A stretch of DNA of 32,000 nucleotides, taken from Erysipelothrix larvae. Its GTDB lineage: Bacteria > Bacillota_I > Bacilli_A > Erysipelotrichales > Erysipelotrichaceae. Shown piece after piece: positions 8,087 to 16,333 of this stretch. How positions within the stretch are numbered: the first letter of the stretch is position 1; every line of letters starts with the position of its first letter. The stretch spans positions 2,430,001 through 2,462,000 of the forward strand of contig NZ_CP013213.1 of the NCBI RefSeq assembly GCF_001545095.1. The letters run 5' to 3'. The notes under the pieces were generated by a model. That model ran no database searches and was not told the origin of the DNA. It saw only the letters and a list, made by a program, of their open reading frames with translations. The position numbers and the translations under genes were made by a program.

Positions 8087-8842
8087 CTATTTTGGAAAAC
8101 GCAATGTAATAATTACCGCATCATCCGTTTCTTCAATATCTTGTTCTACTTTAATCCCTGTTTTTGTCACCATCGCGACGGTTTGTTTGATGGAATTAAC
8201 GCCAATCTTAATACTTTGCGATATTCCTTTGAGAACAGGTTTCTTTTTCTTTTTTGGTTTTTGAACCAATATTTCTGTTTGTTTTACATTCAATTTATCA
8301 TTCACGATTTTATTGAGTGTTGGCATGATTTCATCCCGTTCAACTCCCAATAGTGCCCGTGCATGTCTTTCGGTAATTTGACGATTACCTAAAGCATCAA
8401 GCGCATCATCTGGAAGTTCTAATAATCGAATCTTATTTGCAATTGCAGATTGTGATTTCCCAACTTTAGCTGCTAACTCTTTTTGAGTGATGCCTTGAAT
8501 TCTTAACAGATCTCGATAGGCATTTGCTTCATCCACAACATTCAAGTCTTCGCGTTGAATGTTCTCAATAAGTGCGAGTGCTGCACTTTTTTGAGAGTCT
8601 ACATCTGCGATGATTGCGGGCACAGTAATACTCCCAGTTAAGAGCATTGCACGGTAGCGTCGTTCACCTGCTACAATTTCATAATTCCCATTATCAATTG
8701 GTCTTACTACGATTGGTTGAATCAGCCCATTTTCTCGGATTGATTGTGCCAATTCAAACAGATGTTCGTCATCAAATTGTGTTCGTGGTTGATAGCGATT
8801 TGGTACTACTTTTTCAATTGGCAACTCTACATTTCTATTCAT
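8087..8842 (-). CDS. noc: nucleoid occlusion protein Noc (ParB paralogue)
   Basis: It sits between rsmG and parA, as in Bacillus. Motifs VPNRYQPR, IVAGERRYRA and ITERHARALL, and a C-terminus KKKKKPVLKGISQSIKIGVNSIKQTV...ITLRFPK that resembles the B. subtilis Noc C-terminus as I remember it. Confidence 0.8.
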   Translation of the reverse strand: MNRNVELPIEKVVPNRYQPRTQFDDEHLFELAQSIRENGLIQPIVVRPIDNGNYEIVAGERRYRAMLLTGSITVPAIIADVDSQKSAALALIENIQREDLNVVDEANAYRDLLRIQGITQKELAAKVGKSQSAIANKIRLLELPDDALDALGNRQITERHARALLGVERDEIMPTLNKIVNDKLNVKQTEILVQKPKKKKKPVLKGISQSIKIGVNSIKQTVAMVTKTGIKVEQDIEETDDAVIITLRFPK

Positions 8843-9551
8843 ATTTCCTCCCTGATAATGGTGCTCTCTTTATTTTACCATAAGTTCTTGGGTATTGAGG
8901 GGGCGTCTTACACATTTTTAAAATCTCAAGGTTAATTCGCGTCCCTAATGTTTCGTTGAATTCTTTATGTACCGCTTTTAATTCGCCACCACACAGTGTG
9001 ATTGCTTTTTGTGAAACCGCATATTCTTGTTCTCCAGAAGCACCTTTCATCGCAATAAAAAGCCCCCCTACCTTAACAAGTGGCAAACACAGTTCGCTAA
9101 GAATGTCTAAATATGCTACAGCGCGTGCGGTACACACATCAAACAATTCTCTGTGTTTTTTCACAAAGTCTTCCGCTCTTTCATTATATACTGTTACATT
9201 TGATAAATGGCATGCTTGAATTACTTGATTCAGAAAATTACAACGTTTCAGAGTGGGTTCGACACAAGATATCGTAATATCTGGTCTTAGGATGGCAAGA
9301 ACTAATCCAGGAAACCCTGCACCACTTCCAATATCACAGACAAAAGACCCCTTTTTAATTAAGGGGTTAATAAGCATTGAATCATAGTAATGTTTTAAAT
9401 AAATCCCTTCATCATCATCAATGGCGGTTAGATTTAAAACCTGATTCACAGTTTGTATTAAATGTTTATACGTAAGGAGATTGTCACGTTTGTTTTCGTC
9501 TACTTCAATTCCTAACTTTTCTAATTCTATGATTAATGCTTCAAATGTCAT
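8835..9551 (-). CDS. rsmG: 16S rRNA (guanine527-N7)-methyltransferase RsmG (GidB)
   Basis: SAM-binding motif DIGSGAGFPGLVLAI, typical length, conserved neighbourhood. It overlaps noc by 8 nt. Confidence 0.9.
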   Translation of the reverse strand: MTFEALIIELEKLGIEVDENKRDNLLTYKHLIQTVNQVLNLTAIDDDEGIYLKHYYDSMLINPLIKKGSFVCDIGSGAGFPGLVLAILRPDITISCVEPTLKRCNFLNQVIQACHLSNVTVYNERAEDFVKKHRELFDVCTARAVAYLDILSELCLPLVKVGGLFIAMKGASGEQEYAVSQKAITLCGGELKAVHKEFNETLGTRINLEILKMCKTPPQYPRTYGKIKRAPLSGRKYE

Positions 9552-10525
9552 TAGCTATCAAATTCCAATCCTATTTGTCTCCGTGCTTCTTGGGCAACCT
9601 TTACTACATCGAGACTTTCTTGTAAGTACACATCTCGTAGTGCAAGGTCATTATTATCCACCATATTCACAAAAGTTTCAAGTTCATAATACAATCGTGG
9701 CATGGTTTGCTCTTTAATTTCTTTATCGCCTTGAGAAGAAATGAATTTGAGTTTTTCAAGACTATTCACACCATCCTCAATGTACACATACCCTTTTTCA
9801 CCTTGAATTTGTCCAAAATTCTTAGAGAAACTGTCTTTTGCACCAACTAATACTGCTTTAAAATTACCATAATCAAGGACTAAGATTCCAGAAAGGTCAA
9901 TGCCATTATCGTGGACATTTGCATCATACTTGATGCCTTTTGGTAAACCAAAGAGTCCCACTACAAAGTGAATGTTGTAGATGTTGATATCGGCTAGTGC
10001 ACCCCCTGAAAACGCAGGGTTAAAGACGTTGGGTAAGTCACCTTCTAAAAGTGCATCATAGCGACTTGAATACTGACTGTAGTTACATTGGATTAATTTT
10101 ATATCACCCAAACTTGCTAGGTTTTCTTTGAGTATATTAAAGTGAGGCATATGAATGTTACAGATTGCCTCCATGAGAATTAATCCTTTTTCTTGTGCTA
10201 AATTAATGAGTTCTTTAGCACGGGTTTGATTACCTGCAAATGGTTTTTCAACTAAAACATGTTTGCCACTCAAAAGTGCTTGTTTCGCTTGTGGATAGTG
10301 AAGACTGTTTGGAGATGCAATATAAATTGCATCCAATGTTTGATCCAATAACATCGTCTCTAAATCAGTATATACATTTGGAATATGCAGTTTGTCTGCA
10401 AATTGACGACCCGTTTCTTCACGACGTGAAAGTACTGCATCAAAAGATACTCCTTCATGGACTCTTGCTGAACGTATAAACGTTTCTACAATAACACCTG
10501 TCCCCACTACACCAAATCGAATCAT
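9551..10525 (-). CDS. Gfo/Idh/MocA-family NAD(P)-dependent oxidoreductase
   Basis: N-terminal Rossmann motif IRFGVVGTGVI, and HVLVEKP (the EKP motif). Its stop shares one nt with the rsmG start (TAATG). Its start is 4 nt after the mnmG stop, with gggagg inside the mnmG 3' end. Confidence 0.85.
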   Translation of the reverse strand: MIRFGVVGTGVIVETFIRSARVHEGVSFDAVLSRREETGRQFADKLHIPNVYTDLETMLLDQTLDAIYIASPNSLHYPQAKQALLSGKHVLVEKPFAGNQTRAKELINLAQEKGLILMEAICNIHMPHFNILKENLASLGDIKLIQCNYSQYSSRYDALLEGDLPNVFNPAFSGGALADINIYNIHFVVGLFGLPKGIKYDANVHDNGIDLSGILVLDYGNFKAVLVGAKDSFSKNFGQIQGEKGYVYIEDGVNSLEKLKFISSQGDKEIKEQTMPRLYYELETFVNMVDNNDLALRDVYLQESLDVVKVAQEARRQIGLEFDS

Positions 10526-10529
10526 GCTT

Positions 10530-12383
10530 TTAGGCCTCCCTTTGTTTCAACACCATTGCGAGAATCGTCAGATCTGCTGGATTTACACCTGAAATGCGTG
10601 ATGCTTGCCCCATTGTACGTGGCCGTACTAGGTTAAGTTTTTGTCTTCCCTCAATGGATAAGTTTTGAACCCCATCATAATCCATAGATTCAGGGAGTTC
10701 GATATTTTCCATTGCGCGTAACTTCTCAGCATCTTTCATCGCTTTACGAATATATCCCTCATATTTGATTTCAACCTCAGCTTGAAACGCAAGATCATGG
10801 CGTAGGTCATATCCTATAAGGTCAAGCAGTGCATCCAATTTAATCTCAGGACGTTTCACAGCTTCATAAAGTGTAAGGTCATGTGCTTCAAACGGTGAAT
10901 TATTTGATTCAAAGTAAGCACGCATCGCATCAGAACGATCTAGACGAATTTTCTTCGCTTCTTCTATAAATGCATCAATTGATTTTATTTCTTCTTTAAT
11001 TATCGCATATTCTTCATCATTTAGTAACCCAACTTCATGACCAAAATGAGATAACCGTCGATATGCGTTATCATGACGCAAAAGGAGGCGGTATTCTGCA
11101 CGTGATGTTAACAGTCGGTAAGGTTCTTTTGTTCCTTTAGTAACAAGATCGTCAATCATGACACCAATATATGCTTCATCACGTTTCAAGATCAATGGAT
11201 TTCTATTTTGGACCTTAAGTGCAGCATTAATTCCTGCCATGAGCCCTTGTCCTGCAGCTTCTTCATAGCCTGATGTTCCATTAATTTGTCCAGCTGTAAA
11301 TAAGCCTGGCACTCGCATTACTTCCAAGGAAGGACTGAGTTGTAAGGGATCAATTGCATCATACTCGATAGCGTACCCATACTTTTGAACTTCACAGTTT
11401 TCAAGCCCTGGGATGGTTCGCAACATTTGGTCTTGAACAGCTTCTGGTAAAGAAGATGACAACCCTTGAACGTATGTTGTATCAAGGTGTGCACTTTCTG
11501 GTTCTAAAAATATTTGATGACGCTTCTTATCAGCAAACCGTACAATCTTATCTTCGATTGATGGACAGTATCGCGCACCCACGCCTTCCACAACACCTGA
11601 ATACATACTTGATTTGTCAAGATTTGCAAGAATAATTTCATGGGTTTTCTCATTTGTATACGTTAAGTAACATGGATATTGCTCTTGAATCAGATCCTGT
11701 GGTTTGGTTTTATTTGAAAAAGTATACGGTTCTGTATCACCTGGTTGAATTTCAGTTTTTGAAAAGTCAATCGAACGTGTATAAACACGTGCAGGCGTTC
11801 CAGTTTTAAGTCTAAACGTTTTAAGGCCTAAAGCTCTGAGTGATTCTGAGAGTTTGTTGGTTGTTGGATCACCATCTGGTCCACTCTCAGTTACGCTTGA
11901 AGACACTAAAATCTTTGAGCTCATGTAGGTCCCCGATGTGATAATCACAGTCTTTGATTGAATCACTTCACCTTCAGATGTAATCACACCCACACATATG
12001 CCATTTTCAATGGCAATGCCTTCAACCATCTTTTGCACAACATCAATTCCTGGTTCATTTAATACAGCATCCCGCATGGCATGGGAATACTCAATCTTAT
12101 CGGATTGGACACGAAGACATTGAACTCCTGGTCCTTTGGACGAATTTAAAATACGGAATTGAAGGGCTGTTTTATCAGCAATTTTCCCCATCACTCCGCC
12201 TAAGCTTTCGATTTCACGAACTACGATTCCTTTTGCAGGTCCACCTACAGATGGATTACAGGGCATCGATGCAATGCGATCAACATTTAAGGTAAAGAGC
12301 GCTGTTTTTCGCCCCATACGTGCTGCAGCCACACTTGCTTCAACACCAGCATGACCACCGCCCACAACAATTACTTCATACAT
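10530..12383 (-). CDS. mnmG: tRNA uridine-5-carboxymethylaminomethyl synthesis enzyme MnmG (GidA)
   Basis: [18 protein letters not shown]-binding motif and full-length GidA-like sequence. Start at ATG 12383 (MYEV), 8 nt after gagagg; the track start is an upstream GTG. Confidence 0.95.
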   Translation of the reverse strand: MYEVIVVGGGHAGVEASVAAARMGRKTALFTLNVDRIASMPCNPSVGGPAKGIVVREIESLGGVMGKIADKTALQFRILNSSKGPGVQCLRVQSDKIEYSHAMRDAVLNEPGIDVVQKMVEGIAIENGICVGVITSEGEVIQSKTVIITSGTYMSSKILVSSSVTESGPDGDPTTNKLSESLRALGLKTFRLKTGTPARVYTRSIDFSKTEIQPGDTEPYTFSNKTKPQDLIQEQYPCYLTYTNEKTHEIILANLDKSSMYSGVVEGVGARYCPSIEDKIVRFADKKRHQIFLEPESAHLDTTYVQGLSSSLPEAVQDQMLRTIPGLENCEVQKYGYAIEYDAIDPLQLSPSLEVMRVPGLFTAGQINGTSGYEEAAGQGLMAGINAALKVQNRNPLILKRDEAYIGVMIDDLVTKGTKEPYRLLTSRAEYRLLLRHDNAYRRLSHFGHEVGLLNDEEYAIIKEEIKSIDAFIEEAKKIRLDRSDAMRAYFESNNSPFEAHDLTLYEAVKRPEIKLDALLDLIGYDLRHDLAFQAEVEIKYEGYIRKAMKDAEKLRAMENIELPESMDYDGVQNLSIEGRQKLNLVRPRTMGQASRISGVNPADLTILAMVLKQREA

Positions 12384-12447
12384 AATAAACACCTCTCATG
12401 AATTTTAACACATTTACAGTAAAATACGATGCTAAAGTGCAATGATA

Positions 12448-12505
12448 TTGACAATGATACACACTAGTGTTACTGTATTATTGTAAATAGTACAGTTAGT
12501 ACACT
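12448..12505 (+). promoter_or_regulatory. candidate promoter plus dyad operator of the YtrA-type operon
   Basis: TTGACA at 12448-12453. Imperfect dyad AGTGTTACTGTA (12466-12477) / TACAGTTAGTACACT (12491-12505), which shares the arms AGTGT..ACTGTA in inverted orientation, just upstream of the RBS aaggag. Confidence 0.4.
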
Positions 12506-12520
12506 GAAAGGAGACGCCAT

Positions 12521-12880
12521 ATGTTCTCAATCGATTTAAGAAGCAATGTTCCAATCTTTGAACAACTCTATCAAGAAATCGGAAAGTATATTGCCTTGAG
12601 TATATTGAAACCTGACGAACAACTTCCCACTGTACGGTCTTTAGCAAAAGAATTGGGGATTAATCCCAATACTGTGTCAAAAGCCTACCAGGAAGCGGAG
12701 CGATCGGGTCTTATCTATTCAGTATCGGGGGTTGGGATGTTTGTATCTAATACTAGCGAAGGTGTGAAAGCAGTGCTTGCGAAAGCCTATGCTACACTTT
12801 TTGAGGCCTATAATGCCTTAATAGAATTGGGTGAAGCACCTGATGATATAATAAATACATTGAGGGGACTTAAATCATGA
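12521..12880 (+). CDS. GntR-family transcriptional regulator, YtrA subfamily (short, no effector domain)
   Basis: wHTH motif LPTVRSLAKELGINPNTVSKAYQEAERSGLIYSVSGVGMFV. It is 119 aa with only a short helical C-terminus. ATGA overlap with the ABC ATPase gene. Confidence 0.85.
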   Translation: MFSIDLRSNVPIFEQLYQEIGKYIALSILKPDEQLPTVRSLAKELGINPNTVSKAYQEAERSGLIYSVSGVGMFVSNTSEGVKAVLAKAYATLFEAYNALIELGEAPDDIINTLRGLKS

Positions 12881-13758
12881 TAAAACTATATAACGTCAGT
12901 AAATCATTTGACCAAAAACACATCCTAGAAGATATTAATTGGGAAGTGAAAGAGGGTCACATTGTTGGATTAGTTGGACCAAACGGTTCAGGTAAGTCAA
13001 CTTTACTTCGCTTAATCAGCGGTGTTATCGAACCCGATTGCGGTACCGTTCAAATAGATGGTATGGAAGTCTTTGAGAACGTCAAAGCGAAATCAAACAT
13101 CTTATTTTTAGGTGATGATCCGTATTTCTTCCAACAATCTACCTTAGAAGATATGCGTAATTTCTATACCAAGTTTTATCCAAACTTTGACAATACCATC
13201 TACACATCCTTAATCGGAGTGTTTAAGATTAATCCAAAAGAGAAAATCAATTCATTCTCTAAAGGGATGAAACGTCAATGCGCCTTAATCATTGCACTGT
13301 CATGTAAACCCGATATTTTACTGCTTGATGAAGCGTTTGATGGACTCGATCCTGTCATGCGTTTTAAACTCCGTCAGATTATCGCGGATTCAGTAGCGAC
13401 TCAAAACATCATCGCAATTATTTCATCCCACAACTTACGTGAACTTGAAGATATCTGCGATACGGTTGTAATGATTAACAATCGCACGCTTGCACTGGAC
13501 CATTCTTCTGAAGAAGTGCATGATCTGTATCATAAATACCAAGTGGTCTTTCATGAAGACACGGATATTAACTCAATTAAATCAATTAAACCGCTTCATG
13601 TTTCTGGGAAATCGCGGATATTCTCAATTATTATGAAAGGTCCAAAAGATACCTGTGACCAATTAATCGAAAGTCTAAACCCAGCATTATTTGAACGTAC
13701 AGGTGTATCCCTTGAGGAAGTGTTTGTTTACGAAGTGGAGGATTCCAACAATGCGTAA
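12877..13758 (+). CDS. ABC transporter ATP-binding protein
   Basis: Walker A GPNGSGKST, signature-like FSKGMKRQ, Walker B ILLLDEAFDGLD, H-loop SSH. Confidence 0.9.
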   Translation: MIKLYNVSKSFDQKHILEDINWEVKEGHIVGLVGPNGSGKSTLLRLISGVIEPDCGTVQIDGMEVFENVKAKSNILFLGDDPYFFQQSTLEDMRNFYTKFYPNFDNTIYTSLIGVFKINPKEKINSFSKGMKRQCALIIALSCKPDILLLDEAFDGLDPVMRFKLRQIIADSVATQNIIAIISSHNLRELEDICDTVVMINNRTLALDHSSEEVHDLYHKYQVVFHEDTDINSIKSIKPLHVSGKSRIFSIIMKGPKDTCDQLIESLNPALFERTGVSLEEVFVYEVEDSNNA

Positions 13759-15829
13759 TTTATTGAAAGCACGGATTAATTTAAATCTTCTAAAGCATAA
13801 CTTGAAAACACAAAGAGCTTATATTGTTCTCTTCACAGTGTTCTTCTTTGTTCTATTCCCTTCGTCAACTATTGTGAAGATACTCAGAAGGGATGGCTTT
13901 CCATCAATGCTTTCAGGCGATAGTGTGCCATTCGCATTGATTATCTTTACAGGTATGGTGATGTTCTTTATGCCTTTTATCACCCAAAGCTATCTCAACT
14001 CTAAAAAGGCAGTTGATGTCTATCATGCCCTTCCAATCACACGAAACGACTTATACCTAACAAACGCTTTCTCCAGTTTCATTATAGTTTATCTTCCATT
14101 TACAATTAACTATGTACTGGGATATAGCCTATTAGCAAGCCAAGGGGTAAATTTCGCTAACCACCATGTGTTTCTCTATTTTGCATTTGCAAGTATCTTG
14201 TTCTTTGCGATTCAAACCTGTAATAACTTTGTAATTATGAATACAGGAACCCTTGCCAACGGTTTAGTTCATGCATTCATTTTATTCATCGCACCCTTTG
14301 TTGCGTATGGCGCATTTACGTCGTTTGTGGAATCGTTCATCTTTGGCGTATCTGCCTTTGACGAAATGATCCTAAGCTATCTTTCACCATCGTATGGACT
14401 TCTTCGATTGATTGGTGTTCCATCAAAAAATCAAGTGCTCGTTGTTGGAACGGTGTGGCTTATTGTCTCTATTGGATTTACATGTTTCAATCTCAATCTC
14501 TATAATAAGCGTAAGTCGGAACGGTCTGAGGAACCCTTTACCAATCACCGTTATTTCCCACTTGTTGTATCACTATTTACGGGTCTGGTATTGACAGGAC
14601 TCATGTCTTTATTTACCTATAGTAATGACTCATCATCCAATAAAGGTTTGGCTGATTATCTAACGCTCAATACCTTCCTCATTCCGATGGGTATTTCATT
14701 TGTGATGTATATCGTCCTTGATTTCTTCAGATATAAATCCACGAAGCACTTTGCGAAAGCTGTGATCCACTATTTTATTATCGCTGCAACCACAGTATCG
14801 ATCTGTGTCGTACTAATCTTTACGAACCTACTGGGCTATGGAAACTTCATTCCATCAACACAGTCCATTCGTGAAGTAAAAGTCACTCACTATTCCGTCG
14901 TCTCTCAGTTATATCCGACATCCTATTATTATGACATTTCAAATTTAGTGTTAACCGAGGACCAATCCATTCAAGAGATTGTGAATTTCCATCACAAGAT
15001 CCTTAATTTCTATGATGAAAACCCTAATTTTGGGTATTACGATTCCGACTATACTTTTGAAAATGAAAACGCTCAAAAGGCTCCGGTTTCAAACATCGAT
15101 ACGATCTCTATTGAGTACAAAGTAAGGGGAGGGTTCACAGTATCTCGAAACTATAACATTCCATCCTCACTCAGCACAAGCCTTTACACACTCGCAAACA
15201 ACTGGGATGTCCAAACCTCAGCGCATAGAATCTTGAATCCTGAAGTCGTGTTGGACACAAACAGCGTGACCTTCTTCAACGCAACAATGACGAAAACACG
15301 GACCCTATCTTTCACCGAAAATGTTCGAACTGAATTTATCAATCGATACAAAGAAGATCTCAGTTCAATGGATGACGAAACCTTTGCGTTTGAGGAAAGC
15401 GAACTGAAGTACGTTCTTCAATATTCCGCCTATACTTATGATGCTCAACGAGACATTTACGCATCCAGTAACGTATCGACCCTTTTCATTGATTCACGAT
15501 TCAAATATACCGTGGATTATCTTGATTCGCTTATTGGTGGGGAAGAAACGATGAACCCTTCGGGGTCTTCATTTACGCTTGCGACATTCGGTGAAAACGA
15601 CATCGTGATTCCTCAATATGGCCTGCCATTTATTACAATTGATGACTTATACGGCTATGCAATACTTGATAGTCGATCATTGACCCGTGATGAAGCACAC
15701 GCATTGAGTTCAAACATCAACGGTCCACACCTAAGAACGACATCGAAGGCTGTATATGTTGTGACTGTTGGGTCTTCAACGTACTTCTTGCCTACAGACT
15801 TCACAACTACTTCAACAATCGATAACTAA
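13751..15829 (+). CDS. large polytopic membrane protein (putative ABC-2-type permease partner) with a ~300-aa C-terminal soluble domain
   Basis: Start set at ATG 13751 (ggagga 9 nt upstream, 8-nt overlap with the ATPase stop). About ten hydrophobic segments occupy the first ~390 aa, followed by a Tyr/Ser/Thr/Asn-rich non-membrane domain. From memory this architecture is annotated DUF6449 in Firmicutes; not verified. Confidence 0.7.
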   Translation: MRNLLKARINLNLLKHNLKTQRAYIVLFTVFFFVLFPSSTIVKILRRDGFPSMLSGDSVPFALIIFTGMVMFFMPFITQSYLNSKKAVDVYHALPITRNDLYLTNAFSSFIIVYLPFTINYVLGYSLLASQGVNFANHHVFLYFAFASILFFAIQTCNNFVIMNTGTLANGLVHAFILFIAPFVAYGAFTSFVESFIFGVSAFDEMILSYLSPSYGLLRLIGVPSKNQVLVVGTVWLIVSIGFTCFNLNLYNKRKSERSEEPFTNHRYFPLVVSLFTGLVLTGLMSLFTYSNDSSSNKGLADYLTLNTFLIPMGISFVMYIVLDFFRYKSTKHFAKAVIHYFIIAATTVSICVVLIFTNLLGYGNFIPSTQSIREVKVTHYSVVSQLYPTSYYYDISNLVLTEDQSIQEIVNFHHKILNFYDENPNFGYYDSDYTFENENAQKAPVSNIDTISIEYKVRGGFTVSRNYNIPSSLSTSLYTLANNWDVQTSAHRILNPEVVLDTNSVTFFNATMTKTRTLSFTENVRTEFINRYKEDLSSMDDETFAFEESELKYVLQYSAYTYDAQRDIYASSNVSTLFIDSRFKYTVDYLDSLIGGEETMNPSGSSFTLATFGENDIVIPQYGLPFITIDDLYGYAILDSRSLTRDEAHALSSNINGPHLRTTSKAVYVVTVGSSTYFLPTDFTTTSTIDN

Positions 15830-15840
15830 CGATTTAATCT

Positions 15841-15878
15841 AAAAAACGCATTGAGTTACGCGCTCAATGCGTTTTCTT
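15841..15878. terminator. bidirectional terminator between the permease gene and arsC
   Basis: aacgcattgag (15845-15855) pairs with ctcaatgcgtt (15863-15873). A-run upstream and T-run downstream, between convergent genes. Confidence 0.7.
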
Positions 15879-16269
15879 ATGGTTTCAATTTTTGTGCTAG
15901 CGCTTGTATTTTAGAATCAATGGCTTGGATTGTTTCTTTGAATACGTCATCCGTATGCCCTGATGGGTCATCCAACCCCCAATCTTCTCGCCATTCACAG
16001 GCTAAGGTTGGTCATTCAACATTACACCCCATTGTAATCACAATATCGAGTGCCGGTATCTCAGACAACACCTTTGAATTGTGTGTTTTTTCCATATCAA
16101 TGCCATACAATTCCTTCATGAGTCGTACAGCATCTTGATTGATCTGAGGTTTCGTTTCAGTTCCAGCACTATAACTCTCAAAAACATCTGAAGCATAATA
16201 CCTACCCAATGCTTCAGCGATTTGGCTTCGACATGAGTTATGCACACAAATAAATCCAACTTTTTTCAT
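15877..16269 (-). CDS. arsC: arsenate reductase, LMW-PTP/thioredoxin-coupled type, interrupted by a single in-frame TGA (16012-16014): Sec-recoding candidate or nonsense pseudogene
   Basis: MKKVGFICVHNSCRSQ (CX5R P-loop)...VITMGCNVE-TGA-PTLACEWREDWGLDDPSGHTDDVFKETIQAIDSKIQALAQKLKP-TAA. That is 130 sense positions with no frameshift, and the WGLDDP motif is retained downstream of the TGA. Start at ATG 16269, preceded by aaagga. Confidence 0.75.
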
Positions 16270-16299
16270 ACAATCCATCCTTTAACATTTATCATCTTA

Positions 16300-16329
16300 A
16301 CTATAGAAGAAACGTATGGACTGCGTCAA
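16300..16329 (-). promoter_or_regulatory. candidate sigma-A promoter for arsC
   Basis: Minus strand: TTGACG (16329-16324), 18 nt, TATAGT (16305-16300), located between the kinase stop and the arsC start. Confidence 0.4.
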
Positions 16330-16333
16330 GTCT

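Noticed and set aside
12432-12647. Track ORFs that overlap real genes on the opposite strand or in another frame (12432-12647, 15851-16138, 2820-3122, 4185-4379, 5395-5607, 5863-6257, 7654-7929, 8037-8353, 8647-8935, 8956-9219, 9481-9717, 10240-10479, 14412-14594, 19048-19236, 19269-19466, 19581-19805, 19995-20189, 20519-22187 set, 22963-23383, 23639-23830, 24116-24310, 24759-24995, 26594-26859, 27838-28098, 28991-29197, 29852-30049, 31435-31700)
   Set aside because: None has an RBS. Each is embedded in, or antisense to, a gene with strong homology-type motifs, and their compositions look like shadow ORFs.
16012-16014. Reading the arsC TGA as Trp (genetic code 4, Mollicutes-like)
   Set aside because: All other genes in the window are full length under code 11. 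TGA also terminates at least one gene (the NagB-family gene, stop at 1475-1477) directly in front of a terminator hairpin. Homologues have Cys, not Trp, at this position as far as I recall.
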